Shown: positions 1 to 9,539 of the stretch, in pieces
Position numbering within the stretch: the stretch's first letter is position 1
Layout of the letters: every line of letters starts with the position of its first letter
From: a virus
Taxonomy: Duplodnaviria; Caudoviricetes
IMG/VR virus record: IMGVR_UViG_3300025913_000019
Length of the DNA stretch: 64,000 nucleotides
Strand: one strand, 5' to 3'
Translations under genes and position numbers: made by a program
The notes under the pieces: generated by a model
The model's input: the letters and a program-made list of their open reading frames with translations, nothing else
Database searches by the model: none
What the model was told of the DNA's origin: nothing

Positions 1-91
1 CACGAACCGACGCTGCCGACCGTCAAGCGTGATCCTCCTGGCCCGGACACGCCCAACGGGTCGGACCTGTGAGGCCCTGACCCCTGCCCCG

Positions 92-126
92 AAACGCCCC
101 GTCCGGACCCCTGGACGGGGCGTTTT
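92..126 (+). terminator. Intrinsic terminator-like hairpin
   Basis: Perfect 13-bp inverted repeat AAACGCCCCGTCC/GGACGGGGCGTTT ending in a T-run. Confidence 0.7.
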
Positions 127-221
127 GTCCTTCAAAACGGGTCAAAATCCACACTTTTTGCCCCAAAACGGACGAAAAAGGTGCCCCGGAGGACGATTTT
201 TGGTGTATTTGGGGTGTAAAA
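123..221. other. Helically phased A/T tracts (curved DNA)
   Basis: Tracts start at 123,134,144,155,165,175,197,208,218 (about 10.5-bp period). Confidence 0.7.
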
Positions 222-299
222 TGGAGGCGAGGGGAGAGGATCATCCGACCCCGCAATTCCCGGGCCTGTCCCGACATCCCACATTCACAGGAGCACATC

Positions 300-557
300 A
301 TGCAAATCGAACAACGCAAGGTCGCATCGCGCACGGGTCGCAACGTCACGGTCACGTTCTACAAGCTCCGCGCCAACGTCAAAAGCGGCATGCTCTACCG
401 CGCTGAGATGCGCGGCGAGCTGCCGATCTTCGTCTACAAGATCAAGGGCTCGACCAAGGTCGAGGCCATGATCCCTGGCGTCTCCAGCCGCATCTACCGA
501 GATGCCAAGCGCGCCTTCGTGTCGCTGTCGACCCGGTACTGGGGCCTGGGCGCCTGA
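300..557 (+). CDS. Hypothetical basic protein
   Basis: SD GGAG upstream; no family recognised. Confidence 0.75.
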   Translation: MQIEQRKVASRTGRNVTVTFYKLRANVKSGMLYRAEMRGELPIFVYKIKGSTKVEAMIPGVSSRIYRDAKRAFVSLSTRYWGLGA

Positions 558-610
558 AGCGCCACGCACAGCACATCGCACACAACCTACCGCATTCACA
601 GAAGCTCATC

Positions 611-1123
611 ATGAACACAATGGACACGCAAACGAATCGTGACGCCTTCATCAACGTGCGCAAGGCGCTGCTCACGCATCGTGAGTTCGTCGCAGGCGTC
701 CGCATGCTGTCGGACGCGCCTTACCGCTCGGACAGCCTGCGCCTCAGCGCCATCCCAGGCTGCAAGAACCTCATGACCGGCAACGTTCTGATTCTCGGCG
801 AGTGCGGCTCTGACGTTCGTGGCACGAGCGCTCGGAAGCTCGCCCCGAAGAATGATGCCCTGGACCGTCTCTCGAACATGGCGGTCAGCACGCTCCGCGG
901 CAAGGACATGATCTACGCCGGCGCCGTCCAATGGCGCGACGGTGGGCACGTCAAGTTTCTCTGGCAACGTCACGGCGAGACGCTGTGCCTCGTCATGATT
1001 CGTGCGGAGCGTTCCTTCCGCATCGGCAAGGAGTACTACCCGCCGTGCTTCCGCGTCTACGTCGAGTTCATGTCGACCCGCACGAAGGATGCACGCGAGT
1101 ACATGATGGGCAAGCTCGGCTGA
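611..1123 (+). CDS. Hypothetical protein
   Basis: Co-oriented ORF; no family recognised. Confidence 0.75.
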   Translation: MNTMDTQTNRDAFINVRKALLTHREFVAGVRMLSDAPYRSDSLRLSAIPGCKNLMTGNVLILGECGSDVRGTSARKLAPKNDALDRLSNMAVSTLRGKDMIYAGAVQWRDGGHVKFLWQRHGETLCLVMIRAERSFRIGKEYYPPCFRVYVEFMSTRTKDAREYMMGKLG

Positions 1124-1130
1124 GGTCAAC

Positions 1131-1535
1131 ATGGCAAAGAAGAAGGACGCTCAACCGTCGAAGACGAGCCTCGTGCTCAAGGCGCTCGAAGCCGCAGACG
1201 ATTTCGTCACGGCTGCGCAGCTGGTGAAGACGATGGCGGCCATCGCCAACCCCAATCAGATCAGCGCGGCGCTGCATCATCTGAAGAACAGACACGCGGT
1301 CGACTGCATGGAGAGCGACGGCAGCCTCTGGTGGTACACGACGCCAGACCTCGATGACCGGACGAAGACGGTTGACGAGCGCGTGGTCGAAGAGAACCCG
1401 CGTCGCCGTCGCGGCTCTCCCGTCATCGTGGACGAGGCGCGACCGCGCGCCGTCGTCAAGAGCACGACGAAGCGCTTCAAGACCGAGGCGCAAGAGGCGA
1501 ATGAGATCGCGGCTCGCATCCGCAAGAAGAACTGA
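1131..1535 (+). CDS. Putative winged-helix DNA-binding protein
   Basis: VLKALEAADDFVTAAQLV..NPNQISAALHHLK..GSLWW pattern; basic C-terminus. Confidence 0.5.
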   Translation: MAKKKDAQPSKTSLVLKALEAADDFVTAAQLVKTMAAIANPNQISAALHHLKNRHAVDCMESDGSLWWYTTPDLDDRTKTVDERVVEENPRRRRGSPVIVDEARPRAVVKSTTKRFKTEAQEANEIAARIRKKN

Positions 1536-1590
1536 ATCCCAACCCAGGGCGCTCGATGCGCCCGCTTCACATTCACACAGGAGCTATATC

Positions 1591-2511
1591 ATGGCCAAGA
1601 CCAAGACCCAAAGCAACTCTCTGTTCATCAAGCGCTCGTTCGAGTACACCCTCGATTCCAGCGACATCCACGACATCGCGCTCAATGCAATCGAGTCTGT
1701 CCTGGACGATTGCCCGCAGAAGAAGCAATGGCCGGAGCTGCGTGAGTGGAGGGTCAAGACCGGCGGCGAGAAGAAGCCCAGCGCCGGTGCGTTGCTGGTG
1801 TGCCTGAAGCACGACGAACTCTGCGATTTCGTACAAGCCGTGTTTCCCGACGACATGGTCCACACAGAACTCTTCGAGTTCTCCTACGGCATGATCCGTG
1901 GCTGGGAAGAGATGACGCTCAGCCAGCGTAGCGTGGAGGCCGCCGCAGACTGGATGAAGGAGCACCTCACCGCCGTGATGCTGTCGGACATCCGCGACAG
2001 CGAAGAAAAAGAGAAGAAGGCCGAGGCGCAGAAGATCGAGGCCGAGCAGCAGAAGCTGCGTGACGCCATCGACCTATGCATCCGCGTGGGTTGCACCGTC
2101 AACGTGCCCGAAGGCGTGGTCAAGCCGGGCCTGAGCCCGAGCCCCGTGACGCCGAAGTTCAAGATCGGCGTCGACAAGGCCACGGCAGGCGCCGTTGTGC
2201 GCAAGGCCTCGTCCTTCCGAGCACTGATCGTGGCCGCGGGTCGCATCATGGGCAGCACCCACGAGGCCATCTACAAGCGCGAGAACTCGGGTGAGACCGC
2301 GTACAAGCTCTTCAACGTCGGCACGAAGGCCAAGTGCGAGAGCATCCAGCAGCTGCTGGCCAAGGTCGGACTCATCCGCTCCAAGGTGACGCGCAATGTC
2401 AGCCGGCCGGGTTACTCCTTCACCGTCTACGTTCCGATCACGAACGGCGACAACTGGGGCTACTTCGAGTCGATCCAGAACTCGCTGGCGAACCTGATCG
2501 CAGGCCTCTGA
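1591..2511 (+). CDS. Hypothetical protein
   Basis: SD CAGGAG; start refined to ATG 1591. Confidence 0.75.
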   Translation: MAKTKTQSNSLFIKRSFEYTLDSSDIHDIALNAIESVLDDCPQKKQWPELREWRVKTGGEKKPSAGALLVCLKHDELCDFVQAVFPDDMVHTELFEFSYGMIRGWEEMTLSQRSVEAAADWMKEHLTAVMLSDIRDSEEKEKKAEAQKIEAEQQKLRDAIDLCIRVGCTVNVPEGVVKPGLSPSPVTPKFKIGVDKATAGAVVRKASSFRALIVAAGRIMGSTHEAIYKRENSGETAYKLFNVGTKAKCESIQQLLAKVGLIRSKVTRNVSRPGYSFTVYVPITNGDNWGYFESIQNSLANLIAGL

Positions 2512-2569
2512 CCTGATCCACGCGACAGGGAGCGCGCTCCCCATTCCACATTCATCACAGGAATACACC

Positions 2570-3091
2570 ATGTCCGAACAGAACCACGTCAACCAGATCG
2601 TCACCGTCATCGAGTACGGTGTCGTTACGAAGAAGTCCAAGAAGCCGGTCGAGCCTCCCATTGTGAGCAAACGTCTCGCGCTCATCACCGCGGGCTCCTA
2701 CCTGGGCGGCTATGGCCGTGTCAGCAATCACTGGGAATGGTCCTACGTGAACGAAGACGGGACGCTCGAAGCCAAGACCACGGCGGGCTACGACAACGGC
2801 GCCCCGTTCCGTCTTCTCCCGGCCGAAGGCTACGTGCTCGAGAAGCGCGTCGTCAAGATCGAGCCGAAGGAGCCAGTCCCGCGCGACTGTGCGTATGTCA
2901 ACGCCGACGAGCTCTGGTTCACGAACCGCCTGACACCAATCAGCTTGACCGGTGCCATCGACGCGGCAGCAAAGCTCGACGGCCAGCTGCGCGAGATCGC
3001 CAACGGCGAGCGCAAGCCGGGCAAGATCGCGGTCGATGACATCGCTGACCTCATCGCCTACGTGCGGCAGATGGCGAAGGCGCAGTTCTGA
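2570..3091 (+). CDS. Hypothetical protein
   Basis: SD CAGGA; co-oriented. Confidence 0.75.
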   Translation: MSEQNHVNQIVTVIEYGVVTKKSKKPVEPPIVSKRLALITAGSYLGGYGRVSNHWEWSYVNEDGTLEAKTTAGYDNGAPFRLLPAEGYVLEKRVVKIEPKEPVPRDCAYVNADELWFTNRLTPISLTGAIDAAAKLDGQLREIANGERKPGKIAVDDIADLIAYVRQMAKAQF

Positions 3092-3092
3092 C

Positions 3093-3497
3093 ATGGAGCT
3101 CGCCCTCAAACACCAGACGCTGCAGGATTGGATTTGGGCGATGCCGGATCTCGGACCCGACATCGGCTCGCTCATCGAGTTCGGCCCGCTGCAGGCGCAT
3201 CTCCACTGGACGAAGCGCGACATCTACGTGGACGCGCTGGACCGCACGCTCGTCGGCCGCAAGTGCATCGTGATCGAGACCATCGAGGTCGAACACGAGC
3301 ACCGCGGCAAGGGCTGGATGAAACGCATGCTCCACACGCTGGCTGTCATGTGCTCGGTCGACTTCATCGTCATCGCCTGCGTCGTCAACCTCGACCTGGA
3401 GCGCAGCTTGCAGCGCGACCGCTGGTCGCCCATCGACATCGAAGGCATCATGGCGAAGGACTTTGCCAAGACGCCCCGCCACATCCTCGGTCTCTGA
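3093..3497 (+). CDS. GNAT-like acetyltransferase
   Basis: IETIEVEHEHRGKGWMKRML resembles acetyl-CoA-binding motif A (R-G-x-G). Confidence 0.5.
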   Translation: MELALKHQTLQDWIWAMPDLGPDIGSLIEFGPLQAHLHWTKRDIYVDALDRTLVGRKCIVIETIEVEHEHRGKGWMKRMLHTLAVMCSVDFIVIACVVNLDLERSLQRDRWSPIDIEGIMAKDFAKTPRHILGL

Positions 3498-3508
3498 AAG
3501 GAATCAAC

Positions 3509-3748
3509 ATGTTCGGAACCCTCTGCGGTGTCGCTCTCGTCATCGCCGCCATCAGCGCCAGCATCCATGCCCTGCGCGATCAACACGCCGACATCAAGGC
3601 CAAGGAGCGCGAAGACGAACTCCGCAAGTTGGAAGCCGGCTTCGTCCAGATCGCGGTCCCCGTCCAGGATAGCGATGATGGCGAGCCCTTCATCCGTTCT
3701 GTCCTCGTCTGGCGCCGCACCGTGAACACTCAACGTCAAGGAGAATGA
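3509..3748 (+). CDS. Small membrane-anchored protein
   Basis: N-terminal hydrophobic helix; SD AAGGA. Confidence 0.65.
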   Translation: MFGTLCGVALVIAAISASIHALRDQHADIKAKEREDELRKLEAGFVQIAVPVQDSDDGEPFIRSVLVWRRTVNTQRQGE

Positions 3749-3762
3749 AGATGATCGATTGA

Positions 3763-4254
3763 GTGTTCAGACTCCCGAGCGACCTCCGCGTCGCCTACGT
3801 CCTCGGTGCTCGCATCGAGCTTCGCTTCTCGAAGAAGATGGGCGGCGTCCGACAAGAACAAGTCGGCGTCTGGCTCTCGGCACGTGACTGGGGCGCCGTC
3901 AGCGACTGCGAGTTCCGTGTCCATCCCGAAGACCAGGAACTGCTCGTGGCCGCACGCTGCGCCATCAACAAGACGAAGCTGTGCTTCTACTTCAAGTCGC
4001 CGCGGCACACGGAGGACGAGGATCGCCCCTGCCGGTACGCTGTACCGGCGCATGTGATCGGCACGGACACGCCGGTTCTCGCGCCCTACGGCATGGGCAC
4101 GTTCGTCGTCATCGACCGCGACCTCAATGCCACGGAGCTGGCCTACGCGGCGTTGCGTGGGCCACTTGGCGACAAGACCAAGAACGACATCGAGTTCGAT
4201 CGCCTGGCGAAGACGGCCTACGTCCTGGCCGAGAAGGCCGACGAAGACGCCTGA
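3763..4254 (+). CDS. Hypothetical protein (start ambiguous, see finding)
   Basis: GTG directly follows an in-frame TGA. Confidence 0.65.
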   Translation: MFRLPSDLRVAYVLGARIELRFSKKMGGVRQEQVGVWLSARDWGAVSDCEFRVHPEDQELLVAARCAINKTKLCFYFKSPRHTEDEDRPCRYAVPAHVIGTDTPVLAPYGMGTFVVIDRDLNATELAYAALRGPLGDKTKNDIEFDRLAKTAYVLAEKADEDA

Positions 4255-4316
4255 GTCGAGTCACCTGTCTCTCAGACCCATCACGCTTCCCATTCACCAC
4301 ACATAAGGAGTTCATC

Positions 4317-5069
4317 ATGGCTCAATCAAAGAAGAGCAAGACCTGGTCGCAGCCTATCGTCCTCGCCTTCACGGGCACAGCTCGCATCGATCCGATCGAC
4401 TCGTGCCTCTGCGTCCGTCAAGCCCTGTGCCACATCTACGGGCTCAGCGTCGACGATGACAACGACGACGAGTTCGACTTCATGGAGTTCCTGGACGATG
4501 ACATGTCCACGGTGCCGACGCCGACGGCCAACGACATGTTCCGCTGGTGGCTCTCCAGTTGCGACGTCGACCAGGCGTTGCAGGAGACCAAGCGCGTCGA
4601 CATCGAGTACGCCCTGCGCCTCATCTGGCCGAAGGAGATGACGACGAAGCAGATGGAGCTGTTCAGCCTGTTCACGGCGCGCCGGACGCTCGAGGACATG
4701 GATGACTTCAGCCTCAACATCACGCAGTCCGACGCGTTGAAGCGCTGGATGAACGAGACGTTCCTGGTCAAGGTCAAGCCGCTGTTCGACGCAGCGTTCT
4801 CCAAGTTCCAGGAGCAGGAGAAGTCGCGCGCCACGACCATCAACCAGGCGCGCAGCGCCGATGCCAAGGACGCGATCACGAAGCTCCAACGCCTGGGCTT
4901 CGAGTTCGGCACCATCGTCTGGCCCGAAGGCCTGGAAGATCCGACGCCGAAGATCGAGGGCAAGGTCGTGGTCCGCAAGCCGGCGGCGAAGCCGCCCGTG
5001 AAGACGACGCCGCGCGATGGCGGTGGCCGGAACGGGGAGCGAGAGCCGTTCCCCACCATGCGCAAATAA
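4317..5069 (+). CDS. Hypothetical protein
   Basis: SD TAAGGAG; start refined. Confidence 0.75.
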   Translation: MAQSKKSKTWSQPIVLAFTGTARIDPIDSCLCVRQALCHIYGLSVDDDNDDEFDFMEFLDDDMSTVPTPTANDMFRWWLSSCDVDQALQETKRVDIEYALRLIWPKEMTTKQMELFSLFTARRTLEDMDDFSLNITQSDALKRWMNETFLVKVKPLFDAAFSKFQEQEKSRATTINQARSADAKDAITKLQRLGFEFGTIVWPEGLEDPTPKIEGKVVVRKPAAKPPVKTTPRDGGGRNGEREPFPTMRK

Positions 5070-5088
5070 GCCACGACCGGAGGGTATC

Positions 5089-5658
5089 ATGGCAAAGAAT
5101 CTCTCACTCGTCATCAACACGCAGATCGACCTCTCAAAGGCGCAGGTCGTGGAGATGATTGCGTCAGTGCTGAGCTCGCACTACGTTGCCTCGCTGGAAG
5201 TCGACGATGGCAATGGAAACGGTGTCGCGTCCCAGGCTCATGCGTGGGCCACCGTCGCAGAAGTCGGCGGCCTTCACGAGCTGCTGTCCGAGCTGCACCG
5301 GAAGACGCTGCAGGAGGCGGTGGACATCATGTTCCCGAACCCGATGTCGGCACAGACATTCAGAGACCTGCTGACTGCCCTCAACATCGAGGACATGACG
5401 GCGATGGTCCTGAATGCCGGGCAGCAGGCGTCGCTCCTGAAATGGGCGATGCTTCGCATCGGCGATGCCGTAGCCGCGAAGTACGAGGAGTTGCTCAAGG
5501 AGTCGGAGCTCGAGCGCAAGGGTCGCGCCTTGATGATGCAACAGCGCGCGGCCGACACACTGAAGGAGGGAGGCTGGGAGCTCCAGCCTCCTACCCACTG
5601 GCATGGCGAACGTCGTCGCGGCTCACGCTCCGACCGACGCAAGTCGAAGAAGGAGTAA
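5089..5658 (+). CDS. Hypothetical protein
   Basis: SD GGAGG; start refined. Confidence 0.75.
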   Translation: MAKNLSLVINTQIDLSKAQVVEMIASVLSSHYVASLEVDDGNGNGVASQAHAWATVAEVGGLHELLSELHRKTLQEAVDIMFPNPMSAQTFRDLLTALNIEDMTAMVLNAGQQASLLKWAMLRIGDAVAAKYEELLKESELERKGRALMMQQRAADTLKEGGWELQPPTHWHGERRRGSRSDRRKSKKE

Positions 5659-5660
5659 AG

Positions 5661-6050
5661 ATGACGAAGAGCCACAAGGCCGTTGCACAGCTGATCGCCC
5701 TGAACGTGCAACGGTACACGCGCGAGAAGCCGGGGCGCAACAACCCGAGGCAGCATCGCATGTCGCTGTCGCAACTGCGCCTCATGTACGGCGTCGTTCA
5801 CCTGCTGCCGAAGGACTGGTTCACCGATCTCCAGTTCGAGCTGTCGGAGATCGGCTTCGTGTTGACGCGCAGCTGCGACACCGAGATCGTCATCACAGCG
5901 ATGGCCTACGTCGACTCGATGGTCAAGCTCAGTATCAAGCGCGTGGCCCTCCAGTGTCGCGACTCGGACGAGGACATCGACACCATGTTCAAGGCCGAGT
6001 ACGAACCCGCGACCTGGAAGCCCCCGGTCCGCGAAATCGAAGGAGAGTGA
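5661..6050 (+). CDS. Hypothetical protein
   Basis: SD AAGGAG; start refined. Confidence 0.7.
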   Translation: MTKSHKAVAQLIALNVQRYTREKPGRNNPRQHRMSLSQLRLMYGVVHLLPKDWFTDLQFELSEIGFVLTRSCDTEIVITAMAYVDSMVKLSIKRVALQCRDSDEDIDTMFKAEYEPATWKPPVREIEGE

Positions 6051-6051
6051 C

Positions 6052-6486
6052 ATGTTCACGATGATCTCGTTTCACGACGACGCCAGGGATCGCACCTGGA
6101 ACTGGAAGCTCGGCTCCGAGTTCCCGTTCGATGGCGCGTTCAACAACGACGCGAAGATCCGCATCATTGCGGACGGCAAGGAGCTCGAGTTCGTGCGTCA
6201 GCACTTCGACAACGTGCGCATGGCACGCGGCACCAACAATGTCGTCTTCAACGGTGAGGACGCACGCTTCATCGGCTCGAACATGAAGTTCGTGGTGTGG
6301 GAGAACACGTCGGTGCTGTACGACTCCAAGGTCGCTGCCTGCGAGAAGGCGATCAACGATTACCACGCAGCTCTCGATCGCAGGCAACACGGAGATGTCG
6401 CGGCCCACGCGTGCGTCTCCGCCATCGAGGACGCGCTGGGCATGCCCTGGCTCCAGGGTCAGAGCCTGGTGAAGAAGGAGAGCTGA
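6052..6486 (+). CDS. Hypothetical protein
   Basis: TGACATG junction, SD present. Confidence 0.7.
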   Translation: MFTMISFHDDARDRTWNWKLGSEFPFDGAFNNDAKIRIIADGKELEFVRQHFDNVRMARGTNNVVFNGEDARFIGSNMKFVVWENTSVLYDSKVAACEKAINDYHAALDRRQHGDVAAHACVSAIEDALGMPWLQGQSLVKKES

Positions 6487-6487
6487 G

Positions 6488-7279
6488 ATGGTGGCTCCCA
6501 AAAAGCGTGACTACGTCATCACGGTGCCGGAGGCTTCGACGAAAGGCGCGCCGTACATAAGCGGCGGTCTGCACTTCCCGACCAAGGAGACATACCAGCG
6601 GTATGAGGAGCAGCTCGAAGCTCTTGAGCTCCGCACCTACTGGGAGGTCCGCGAGCGCCACGGCATTTGGGCCACGAACCAGGACAAGTTCGTCAGCTCA
6701 TATGCCGATCTCAACGAGTGGGACAACCCGACGATGGAGCACCGATGCGTCGCCGTCTACGGACCACGAGGCTTCAACCTCATGGAGTTCCTTCGCTGCG
6801 AGATGCCATACAGCTTCTTCTGCCGTGTCCAGCGATGGAAGGTGAAGCCCGTCATCTCCGAGTTCCTGGCTCTGTCCGAGGACGACGTGATGCGCTGGCC
6901 GAACTGCGGCATCGTCACGTGGGCAGAGGTCGAGCGGTGCCAGCGCCTCTACGTCAGGAACTTCGGGCTCAAGTTCGACCTCTGGACCTTCCTCGAAAAG
7001 ACGATGCCCGTGTCCGTGCTCAGTGATCTGCACGAGATCGGGATCGAGACAGTAAAGGAGTTCATGACTCTCGATGAGACCATGACCCACGCGTACTCGT
7101 CCTTCACATGGGAGCACGTCCGCAACGCTCAACGCCGGCTGGAGGCCGTCTATGGCAATCATCAAGCAATACCTGGGCAAGAAAAAGAAGCGCAAGCCAA
7201 CGGCCGCCGAAAGGGAGCTGGCCGAAAGCTGGGAGAAGCTCAAGCTCCAGCACGCAAAGCCTCTCGAGCGCGGCTCTGA
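6488..7279 (+). CDS. Protein with RNA polymerase alpha-CTD-like (HhH) repeats
   Basis: ISEFLALSEDDVMRWPNCGIVTWAEVER and DLHEIGIETVKEFMTLDE resemble the alpha-CTD pattern [30 protein letters not shown]. Confidence 0.55.
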   Translation: MVAPKKRDYVITVPEASTKGAPYISGGLHFPTKETYQRYEEQLEALELRTYWEVRERHGIWATNQDKFVSSYADLNEWDNPTMEHRCVAVYGPRGFNLMEFLRCEMPYSFFCRVQRWKVKPVISEFLALSEDDVMRWPNCGIVTWAEVERCQRLYVRNFGLKFDLWTFLEKTMPVSVLSDLHEIGIETVKEFMTLDETMTHAYSSFTWEHVRNAQRRLEAVYGNHQAIPGQEKEAQANGRRKGAGRKLGEAQAPARKASRARL

Positions 7280-7538
7280 GGCCAGGGGCAAGCTCGCGGG
7301 CACGAGCCAGCACAAGAAGCAGAAGCACGAGCCCGCTGTCCCCTACAAGCGCCTGACTCCTGACATCCCCAGCCTCCCGATGACAGGAGCAGCTACGAAG
7401 CCCATCGCTGATCCGGCAGCCGCCGAGAAGCACGCAATGAAGGCGCGGGCCGGCATCAACTACAACAAGGGAGGCATCCAGTACCTGTCCGACTTGGACA
7501 TGGCCGAGCAACGCACGGGCGTTCACAAGCGCCGCTAA
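7152..7538 (+). CDS. Basic hypothetical protein (overlaps upstream gene)
   Basis: Lys-rich ORF with C-terminal NYNKGGIQY motif. Confidence 0.65.
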   Translation: MAIIKQYLGKKKKRKPTAAERELAESWEKLKLQHAKPLERGSEARGKLAGTSQHKKQKHEPAVPYKRLTPDIPSLPMTGAATKPIADPAAAEKHAMKARAGINYNKGGIQYLSDLDMAEQRTGVHKRR

Positions 7539-7567
7539 CGCATTCACCAACCACACAGGAGTTCATC

Positions 7568-8224
7568 ATGTCTCAAGCTGCTACCATGAAGGCCATCGAC
7601 GATTCGGGCGCGACCCACGATCAGGTCATCGCCGCCTTCCTCCGCTATATGCAAGGCCCGGACGCAGTACGCGCCCTGCGCCTCGTCCCCATGTCGAAGC
7701 TCGACGCCTTCATGGATCTGACGATGGGGCCCAAGGTCGTGGCCGCCTTCCTCGAACTGGAGACGAAAGCGGATGCGAAGCCGAAGTGGCTCACGGCCAT
7801 GAACGCCTCGGCTCGTGAGCTGCACGAGCGTGAGCAGCGGTATCAGGACGCCGAGCTGATCGAGTGCTTCCTCGCCGTCCTGCTCCAGTACCTGGTCGAT
7901 GAGGACATCGGCTACGGATTCGACCACATCATCGAAGGCAAGTACGGCGGCACCGGCGTCTACAATGGTGGTGTCAGCATCCGCTGCACGGACCTCAATG
8001 GCACGGACCGGCTGAACCTGATCCGTGCCGTCATGCTCGTGGCTTCCCTGTTCGATTCGCGCCTCAGCTCGATGCTGGACCTCGAAGCCATCGAGTTCGA
8101 GCGGGACGGCGACGAGGACTACACGATCCACATCAACTTCTCCGATCTGACGATGACGAATGCCGATCAAGAGCAGGTGATCGCCGCGTCGTTCGCCATG
8201 GACAACGCCTTCTACAAGGTCTGA
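7568..8224 (+). CDS. Hypothetical protein
   Basis: SD CAGGAG. Confidence 0.75.
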   Translation: MSQAATMKAIDDSGATHDQVIAAFLRYMQGPDAVRALRLVPMSKLDAFMDLTMGPKVVAAFLELETKADAKPKWLTAMNASARELHEREQRYQDAELIECFLAVLLQYLVDEDIGYGFDHIIEGKYGGTGVYNGGVSIRCTDLNGTDRLNLIRAVMLVASLFDSRLSSMLDLEAIEFERDGDEDYTIHINFSDLTMTNADQEQVIAASFAMDNAFYKV

Positions 8225-8225
8225 C

Positions 8226-8966
8226 ATGTCAAACTCCCAAACCCTCACGCTCGCCGAGGCAAACGATCGGCAACTGGGGCTCGGCTTCATCGAGTGGCTG
8301 CGCTACAAGGTCGAGTCCGACGAGCCGATCCCGCGCCGTGAGATCGTGCAGCTGCTCGAAGCCGACGGCATCGCTGGCGTCCAGTACTGGGCTCCGGACG
8401 ACGTGACCGACGAGACGGCGTCGCCCGTGACCGACGAGGACATGCCGGTTCGGTTCGTGCCTGACAACGACGACGACCGCAAGGTCGCCGACGGCATGCC
8501 CGATGATGACGAGGAGTTCGAGGATCTGCCGGCGGCGAGTCTCGACTCGACGTGGTCGGCTGCCGACCACGATGCCTACAATATCGAGACCTTCTACGTC
8601 ACGGTGCTGCTCGAACTCGCGCGAGTGAGCAGGGGCTTCATCCACACCGCGGAGCGCACGGTGCGTGAGAGTGCGGACCTCGGGTCCGTCATCACCAACG
8701 ACGGCATCGGTTGGACCTGCGGATTCAAGCTCTCTGCCGCTGACGAACTCGAGTGCCGCAAGATCATCATCGCTGCCCTCGAATTCTTCCCGTACCTGCA
8801 GCCTCTGTTCGGCCTGCGTGTCCGGCACGTTCGCAACGTGCTGTTCGATGACCAGCGACTGGTGCTCGAATGGCGGCCGTCCGTCAGCTCGACGGAAGAC
8901 ACGGAGCTCGACGAGTTCATCGACGAGCTGAAGGAACGCACCGACCTCATCTGGCAGGTGGACTGA
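8226..8966 (+). CDS. Hypothetical acidic protein
   Basis: Co-oriented, coupled start. Confidence 0.75.
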   Translation: MSNSQTLTLAEANDRQLGLGFIEWLRYKVESDEPIPRREIVQLLEADGIAGVQYWAPDDVTDETASPVTDEDMPVRFVPDNDDDRKVADGMPDDDEEFEDLPAASLDSTWSAADHDAYNIETFYVTVLLELARVSRGFIHTAERTVRESADLGSVITNDGIGWTCGFKLSAADELECRKIIIAALEFFPYLQPLFGLRVRHVRNVLFDDQRLVLEWRPSVSSTEDTELDEFIDELKERTDLIWQVD

Positions 8967-9250
8967 TGGATCGGCACGCATTCGGAAATCTCTTCCGCCA
9001 TCCGGAGTTCACGCACCAGATTCGCGTCTGTGCCAGGTGCGGCGTCGTCCGCACCACGGTGAACGGTCAGTTCCACTATTTCGGCAAGGAGCACATGGGC
9101 ACGGGGCATGAGCGCTGCCCCGCGAGTTTCGCTGGCTGCGGTACGAGCCCGTCCGACATCCGCGAGCCGGAGTCGGGGCCAGTGATCGACCTGGAGATCG
9201 CAGACGCAACGGTGGCCGAGCTGCCGTTGCGCGAGCGTCGCCAGCGCTGA
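8966..9250 (+). CDS. Small Cys/His-containing protein
   Basis: TGATG overlap; H..CARC..C. Confidence 0.6.
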   Translation: MDRHAFGNLFRHPEFTHQIRVCARCGVVRTTVNGQFHYFGKEHMGTGHERCPASFAGCGTSPSDIREPESGPVIDLEIADATVAELPLRERRQR

Positions 9251-9266
9251 GCAACAACGAAGAGGA

Positions 9267-9275
9267 GTACGGTAA
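9267..9275 (+). promoter_or_regulatory. Candidate phage promoter motif ACGGTAAAT
   Basis: Copy of recurring motif, intergenic. Confidence 0.45.
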
Positions 9276-9539
9276 ATGAAGACCATCACATACAAGCTCG
9301 GTGAGGTATGCAAATGGAGTCAAGGAGACAGGGTCGAGTTCCGCTACGTGGACATCGGCCTCAAGCTGATGAACGAGGACGGCGATACGTACCACGATTC
9401 GCACCAGGTGCTCGAGCTGCCGGCGGACGACGCCATGGCCCTGGTTACCCGAATGCAGGCGCTCGAGTCCGCACCGCCCGCTTCGGGTACGAACTCGGAG
9501 GCGGCTACAAGCCCGCCGGCCTGTTCTGGTGACGCATGA
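9276..9539 (+). CDS. Hypothetical protein
   Basis: SD AAGGAG. Confidence 0.65.
   Translation: MKTITYKLGEVCKWSQGDRVEFRYVDIGLKLMNEDGDTYHDSHQVLELPADDAMALVTRMQALESAPPASGTNSEAATSPPACSGDA

Noticed and set aside
3760-3762. Genome-wide TGA recoding
   Set aside because: TGA is the dominant, correctly placed stop of nearly all genes; only one local anomaly
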